Of a stretch of DNA of 61,991 bases, positions 58,101 to 61,991 are shown piece after piece. Each line of letters opens with the position of its first letter. The first letter of the stretch is position 1. Made by a program: the position numbers and the translations under genes. The notes under the pieces are model-generated. The model ran no database searches, was not told where the DNA came from, and saw nothing but the letters and a program-made list of their open reading frames with translations. The stretch is from Candidatus Eiseniibacteriota bacterium (lineage in GTDB: Bacteria > Eisenbacteria > RBG-16-71-46), in contig JBGPFC010000025.1 in NCBI GenBank assembly GCA_041483195.1, positions 1 to 61,991 of the forward strand, given 5' to 3'.

Positions 58101-59406
58101 CGATCGGGATCGCCCCGGCCCCGAGATTGATCGTGACGCCATCCAGCTGCGCGGCCCCCATTCCGTTCGACGAATACGAGCAGTAGCTTCCGCCGTCGTC
58201 ATCGAAGCCGCGATTGGTCTTGAGGCGGAACACCACGCGAATCTTGGGCGTGACCGCCAGGAAGGGCGCGATTGGAGTCGCGAGGACGATGACCGGGAAC
58301 GCGGGGTTGTTGCCGGTCAGCGTCAGCAGCTTGACGAACGGAATCGCGGGCGATTCGTTCACGCGGATGACCTCGGACAGCCACCGGCGCTGCGGATCGA
58401 ACACCGAGTGGGCGAGCCCATCCGACCCCACGAACAGCGCGCCCACCGCGTCGCCCACCGGAAGGCCGATGTAGACCATGAACGCATCGATCGGATCCCC
58501 CGCGCCGCCGACGGAGGGGATGTAGTTGCCGGGCGCCATCGAGAGCGGGTCCTTCTCGAACCATCCGGTGCGCGTCGCGGCGAAGGACAGCTTTCCGGTG
58601 GACATCGCGGTCTGCACGTTGAAGCTGAGCGTGAGCAGCGGTCCCGGCGCGCCCGTGATGTCGATGTCGCGATAGAGCATCTGGTCCCACTGCGAGCCGT
58701 AGCCCGGGTACCTGCGATCCGTGCCCATCGCCGCGTCCGCGTTCTGCGCGGTCTGCTCCATCGCCGCGACGTTGAATGGATTCCCGGTGATGGGATCGAT
58801 CACGGTGAGATCGCCGTGAGCTCGAAGGCCGCACCACGCGGATTGGGCCCCGATCAGCGGCGCCCACGCGGGCGCCACCGGGTTCGTGCCGGGAATCGTC
58901 GGGCCGAGCACCGCTCCCGGATCCACGTGCCACACGCCGACCACGCCCATCGTGCGCCTTTGCCCCGGCCCCTGATTGATGACGTAGTTCACCTGATTGC
59001 CGATGTCGAGCGCCCACCACGGCCGCGACACGTCGGGGAGCGTGCGCCCGCCGGTGCTCGTGTACGGATGACGGACCGGCCACCATCCCTGCAACGAATC
59101 GCCCTGCGGCGCCTGATCCCAGCCCCAATAGCCGTAGCTCGAGTTGCCGCCGCCGGAGTTGGGGCGCCGCGCGCCGACCCCGATCGACCAGTAGTTGGAG
59201 CTCGCATAGCCGGGATTGAACCCCACGTAGGTGGTCTCGTTCGGACACGGTCCGGGCGCGCCCGGCCGCAGCTCGCGGGCCATCTGCGCGTTCATCAACT
59301 TGGGCGGGAGATCCCCGAAGATCGGAGCGTCCGGCATCGCCGTGGCCAGCTGCGTTGCGGCGAGGCAGACGGCGACCACTATGAGCGCGGTGATCGAGAG
59401 GCGCAT
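55150..59406 (-). CDS. Large (~1418 aa) Cys/Trp/Pro-rich secreted protein of unknown function with FlgD-Ig C-terminus
   Basis: GGAGGA RBS, signal peptide MRLSITALIVVAVCLAATQLATA; C-terminus NNP...IYDVSGRLVRTL...WDGFDDHG...GVYF. Confidence 0.85.
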   Translation of the reverse strand: MRLSITALIVVAVCLAATQLATAMPDAPIFGDLPPKLMNAQMARELRPGAPGPCPNETTYVGFNPGYASSNYWSIGVGARRPNSGGGNSSYGYWGWDQAPQGDSLQGWWPVRHPYTSTGGRTLPDVSRPWWALDIGNQVNYVINQGPGQRRTMGVVGVWHVDPGAVLGPTIPGTNPVAPAWAPLIGAQSAWCGLRAHGDLTVIDPITGNPFNVAAMEQTAQNADAAMGTDRRYPGYGSQWDQMLYRDIDITGAPGPLLTLSFNVQTAMSTGKLSFAATRTGWFEKDPLSMAPGNYIPSVGGAGDPIDAFMVYIGLPVGDAVGALFVGSDGLAHSVFDPQRRWLSEVIRVNESPAIPFVKLLTLTGNNPAFPVIVLATPIAPFLAVTPKIRVVFRLKTNRGFDDDGGSYCSYSSNGMGAAQLDGVTINLGAGAIPIGDFENWGDIDNDLSTSPLDAWKSTGKPPGILPHVHPLASLVYQDVCGPPGSAQRVCNMDGNVISAGDHDNGEAIGGFSQVLPDQERFDGIYSPTINLVTPGSGSPATPNAQGITFNMTSNADDYFAAYEVYSGVTDLPNLGVGWQPYFQCYPATQATSPPGGFGDGVRCWGEFRAPQFMYFNPTPQCFDNLDPARMWGLIRTSNSNLKPDSLRIGLRSITECYRFAISADCGKPDGLYWDNVSLAMISGCQHDPVSVDIWHWINDAFPFNTNPALPGLAAFDTTTAVIKTGLNTAPETGNMGRCDAPGDYVIGIDEGHNVRVDMVFRIWPGPGNYVALGNPASGLRAIPTSPVAIAPGDGSFWTSYILFNGFRGAPAGHPPGPHATRWDPLVWNSAQCDTPEAKVFPVQGRNLYSGPAIGMFAATYHELDPRYVPLGVPRHKCFMLNPNGDPSAITCAAVPAWVTLPAGCLPFGWCTGYDGLPNTVEGTKIIPDGLLTPGSHVEYFFVREDIGKAGLSYCPDTTIVFPQKSEGPSTDAHRWQEFGVLPDSWKKTAYGGLGQACMLYVDWADRRGNERTWAGTADSLSATRPGKWGAHNGWHANGKMPPDAPVDPNDPTWFVYDKNCQPGTTWDMYGVKGAEALTANANSLGARLAQDCTPTFPGSQIAPTPSMLETYYRILLVLTGDISRLILGPFNDKSQDDAGIIQRFLQSGTMFEHRGIFTEGEGFVEAAIGTPAEGVVLPMLGVTLRDPAYRVVSANTNLCADIVTTPVITTNGDIYGVRNHCIFRNNVLDLSGPTATAATFYQPVGPAPPYISGVFHDVVVPEYWQALTDGWDIENLLGRYCGSTIGRLAYFYKALNNIFGKICSVTGAPSSILDVPQNDDGRLFVNSVSVRNNPVVSGEATLAFALAQSDRVAARIYDVSGRLVRTLADQRFAAGEHRLAWDGFDDHGRSVARGVYFMRVRYQESGFASGKQLVLLR

Positions 59407-59776
59407 GGGATCCTCCATTGCCGAGCGGGCGAGAGACCGATCGGCGATTGAACGGCGCGGAACACATGTGTGGAGAGAGGGCCGATCGAGCCGGTGGAAC
59501 GACGGCGCGAAATCAGTCTCGTTCGATCGGAAGGGGTGTGAATCGCGGCGGGCGCAATGACGCCGAGGGGGTCTCCGCAGGAGGAGAGACCCGGGCATGT
59601 CGAGTATGCGCGGTCTCACGGCCATTCGAGCACCGTCGCGGCTCAGTCCATGAGCGAGGTCCGGATCGATATTTCCGCCGGTTGCCCGGTGAGCAAACGT
59701 CAACAACATCGCCCGGGCAAGCCCAAAATTTCGCGATATCGCACGCCGTAGGAGGCGTGCCCCACGGCGCGCGGTT

Positions 59777-60406
59777 CTAGGGCTTCGTCAGCGAGGAGAG
59801 CAGCGCGTCGAATTCCTTCTCGGCGCCCGAGATGGTCGCGGCTGGCCCGGTGAGCTTGAAGAAGATCGCGCCGTTCGGTCCCTCCACGATCGCGCCCAGC
59901 AGCGACCAGTCCGACTTGGGCCCGGACTGATCGGCGGGCGAGCCGCTGTGGGCGAGATAGGTCCCGCTCAGCTTCACGCGCGAGACGCGCATGCCCTGAA
60001 CATCCCGCGTGCTCCGCGCGGGTTTCGCCCCCGTCGAGAACTCCGCGATCCAGCGTTCGAGATTGGGCTCGACGCCGCCGCCCTGGCCCGGGCCGAAATA
60101 GTAAACCGCGCACTGGCCGTCGTCCGTTCCGGCCTTCGGCGCCGGCACCACGTAGGTCGCGAGCCGCATGCCCTCGGCGAGCTGCTCGAGCCAGCGGCTC
60201 GGCTTGGTCCACTTGACGCCGGGATCCTGCGCGGTGGCCTGCGGCATTCCGCCCGGAGGCATCTGACCCGGAGGCATGGCCTGGCTCTCCGTTCCGGTTT
60301 CGGTCCCGGCGGCCGGAGCGGCCGGCTGGGAGCTGCGCTTCCACGCGAAGATCGCGAGGGCCGCGATCGCGATGACGAGAACGGTGACGAGCGTGCGCAT
60401 GTTCAT
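59777..60406 (-). CDS. Conserved hypothetical membrane-anchored periplasmic protein
   Basis: N-terminal TM; MRLATY, YFG.GQGGGVE.N.ERW, GTY, LLGAIVE...FFKLTGP. Confidence 0.75.
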   Translation of the reverse strand: MNMRTLVTVLVIAIAALAIFAWKRSSQPAAPAAGTETGTESQAMPPGQMPPGGMPQATAQDPGVKWTKPSRWLEQLAEGMRLATYVVPAPKAGTDDGQCAVYYFGPGQGGGVEPNLERWIAEFSTGAKPARSTRDVQGMRVSRVKLSGTYLAHSGSPADQSGPKSDWSLLGAIVEGPNGAIFFKLTGPAATISGAEKEFDALLSSLTKP

Positions 60407-60487
60407 GGACGCGATGGTCCTCCGTGGCGGGTGGTCGGCTCGCGAACCGGCGGGGGCGGGTTTCGCACGAGGCAGCCACGCCTCGGT

Positions 60488-60529
60488 CCGTTGAATACCA
60501 GCCGCGGGGCCCGCGCGCAAGCGGGGGCG
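60488..60529 (-). repeat. Copy 1 of a duplicated promoter-like element
   Basis: Plus strand CCGTTGAATACCAGCCG-N10-GCGCAAGCGGGGGCG. Confidence 0.75.
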
Positions 60530-60548
60530 AGATCCTCCCCCGATCGGC

Positions 60549-61106
60549 TCAGGCGCTGGAGCGCGTTGCTCGCCGCTCTCGTCGCGTGAGGAGGCCCCCG
60601 ACGATGCCGAACAGCACGAGCGTCGCTCCCGTCGCCCAGCCTCCTAGGGCGAACGTGTCGTGCCGGTAGAGCCCGAGCACGATGCCGCCCCCGACCATCA
60701 GGCCGCACAGCACGGCGAAGTGTTTCATGCCGTAGAGAAACACGAACGGGAGGTAGTGGGCTCCGACCACGATCATAATGGCGGGATAGAACCAGTTGAG
60801 GCGATGAAGGGTCGCCGCCCCGACCAGCGGAAGTCCGAGCGGAATCGTGAACGCGATCTGCATGGCGAGATGGCCCAGGGGATTGTCCGCGCGCAGCGTC
60901 GCCGACCGGCCCATCACGCGCAGCACGAGTTGCGTCATGGAAAAGATCAGTGCGCCACCCACGCACAGGACCGCGATGCCGCGCCCCGGTGAGCCCCACG
61001 TGCCGATCGCGGCCGAGAGCAGCCACAGCCCCCCGGACACGAGCTGGCCCACGAGCCCGCCCATGAAGACGGATCGAACTTCGAGTTGAGCCTCTTCGAC
61101 CGTCAT
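60549..61106 (-). CDS. Integral membrane protein (DUF7010-like)
   Basis: NPLG.LA.Q, FYPA.MIVVGAHYLPF.FLYG; GGGAG RBS. Confidence 0.75.
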   Translation of the reverse strand: MTVEEAQLEVRSVFMGGLVGQLVSGGLWLLSAAIGTWGSPGRGIAVLCVGGALIFSMTQLVLRVMGRSATLRADNPLGHLAMQIAFTIPLGLPLVGAATLHRLNWFYPAIMIVVGAHYLPFVFLYGMKHFAVLCGLMVGGGIVLGLYRHDTFALGGWATGATLVLFGIVGGLLTRRERRATRSSA

Positions 61107-61220
61107 CTCATGTCTCCCGTTCTTCGAGTTGCTCGCCGATGGTTCGGATCGCTCCCCGACGTCGAGGTGGAAGCGATGGAGGAAACGATGGGCCGCCGGC
61201 GCGAGCGGCACGCCCACGCG

Positions 61221-61262
61221 CCGTTGAATACCAGCCGGGAGGCTGGGGCGCAAGCGAGGGCG
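61221..61262 (-). repeat. Copy 2 of the duplicated promoter-like element
   Basis: Plus strand CCGTTGAATACCAGCCG-N10-GCGCAAGCGAGGGCG. Confidence 0.75.
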
Positions 61263-61299
61263 CGGCGACCGCGGCCGCGCCCCCGTCGCCACGCGAGCG

Positions 61300-61991
61300 C
61301 TACTTGAGCACCATCATCTTCTTGGCGCTGGTGAAGCCTCCCTCACGGTAGCGCAGTCGCGCGAAGTACACGCCGCGCCCGACCTCATGGCCGTGGTCGT
61401 CGAGGCCGTCCCACACCAGCCTGTACTCGCCCGGGGGGAAACGGCGATCGGACAGCGTGCGCACCAGCCGCCCGCTGATATCGAAGATCTTGGCCTCCAC
61501 CCGGTCTGCTTTCGCGAGGCCGAACGCCAGCGTGCTCTGCCCCGTGATCAGCGGATTGTTGCGCAGGTTCATGTAGTCCGCCAGCGCTTGGGGATCGGCG
61601 TTGGGGACATCGGTCAGGCCGCACGGGCTGCCGTAATTGACGCAGATCTTGCTGAAGATGTTGGTAAATACATTCAGCACGTACGCCAACCGGCCATTCG
61701 TCTGGCCGCAGTAGCGGCTCCTGAGGTTGAAGATGTTCCAGCCGTCCACCAGCGACTGCCAGTAGTTCGGAGCAATCGCGTCCTTGAACACACCGGAAAT
61801 GTACGGCGCCAGGAACGGGTTCGCGCCTACGGGATCGTAGTACGTGGCCGCCGCGGCGTCCGGACCATCCAGGTCGAGAACGTCGTTGGTGAACGTGCAG
61901 GTCGTCCGCACACCGTAAAGGTCTCCGGTGGTCGTGATCGCAGAGGTCGTCACCAGATCCGGACACGGATTGATGTTGCCCGACAGTTGCA
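61300..61991 (-). CDS. C-terminal part of a paralog of the 55150-59406 protein (runs off the window)
   Basis: GDLYGVR..C.F.N.VLDL, PYISGVF.D, YWQ.L.DGW.I.NL..RYCG.T.GRLAY are shared; FlgD-Ig tail; frame open to the window end. Confidence 0.88.
   Translation of the reverse strand, partial: QLSGNINPCPDLVTTSAITTTGDLYGVRTTCTFTNDVLDLDGPDAAAATYYDPVGANPFLAPYISGVFKDAIAPNYWQSLVDGWNIFNLRSRYCGQTNGRLAYVLNVFTNIFSKICVNYGSPCGLTDVPNADPQALADYMNLRNNPLITGQSTLAFGLAKADRVEAKIFDISGRLVRTLSDRRFPPGEYRLVWDGLDDHGHEVGRGVYFARLRYREGGFTSAKKMMVLK

Noticed and set aside
60488..61262. Repeated element as integron attC sites
   Set aside because: No RYYYAAC...GTTRRRY inverted-core structure and no integron integrase; the spacing fits a promoter better.

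Overview
Very GC-rich bacterial chromosomal segment of about 40 genes. Six secreted proteins end in a FlgD-Ig/T9SS-like C-terminal module, there are two Hanks-type kinases, and two paralogous Cys-rich giant secreted proteins occur; together these suggest Candidatus Eisenbacteria or a related FCB-group lineage (inference, not verified). The main candidate for an undescribed system is a non-canonical DNA-damage/mutagenesis locus. A sigma70-type promoter whose spacer is filled by the palindrome TACTGCAC-N4-GTGCAGTA (LexA-box geometry, CTG-N10-CAG) drives a translationally coupled operon of a small DUF6504-like protein, a DUF5131 (phage Gp37/Gp68, radical-SAM-like) protein and a catalytically intact dinB. 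A dnaE2 lies about 1.5 kb downstream of dinB, and no imuA/imuB is present. Other notable items are: a probable 6S RNA; an ECF sigma/anti-sigma pair with two back-to-back GGAATAA-N16-GTC promoters controlling a His-rich cupredoxin; a decayed RIT-like tyrosine-recombinase island carrying a C39-like peptidase (apparent ACG start) and a partner lipoprotein; a dead/active alpha/beta-hydrolase pair; a ~2170-aa NHL/cadherin-like surface protein with a domain inserted inside one repeat; a frameshifted glcF-like gene coupled to ycaQ; and a duplicated promoter-like element. No rRNA, tRNA or CRISPR array was seen. All family assignments come from motif recognition by eye, not from database searches.
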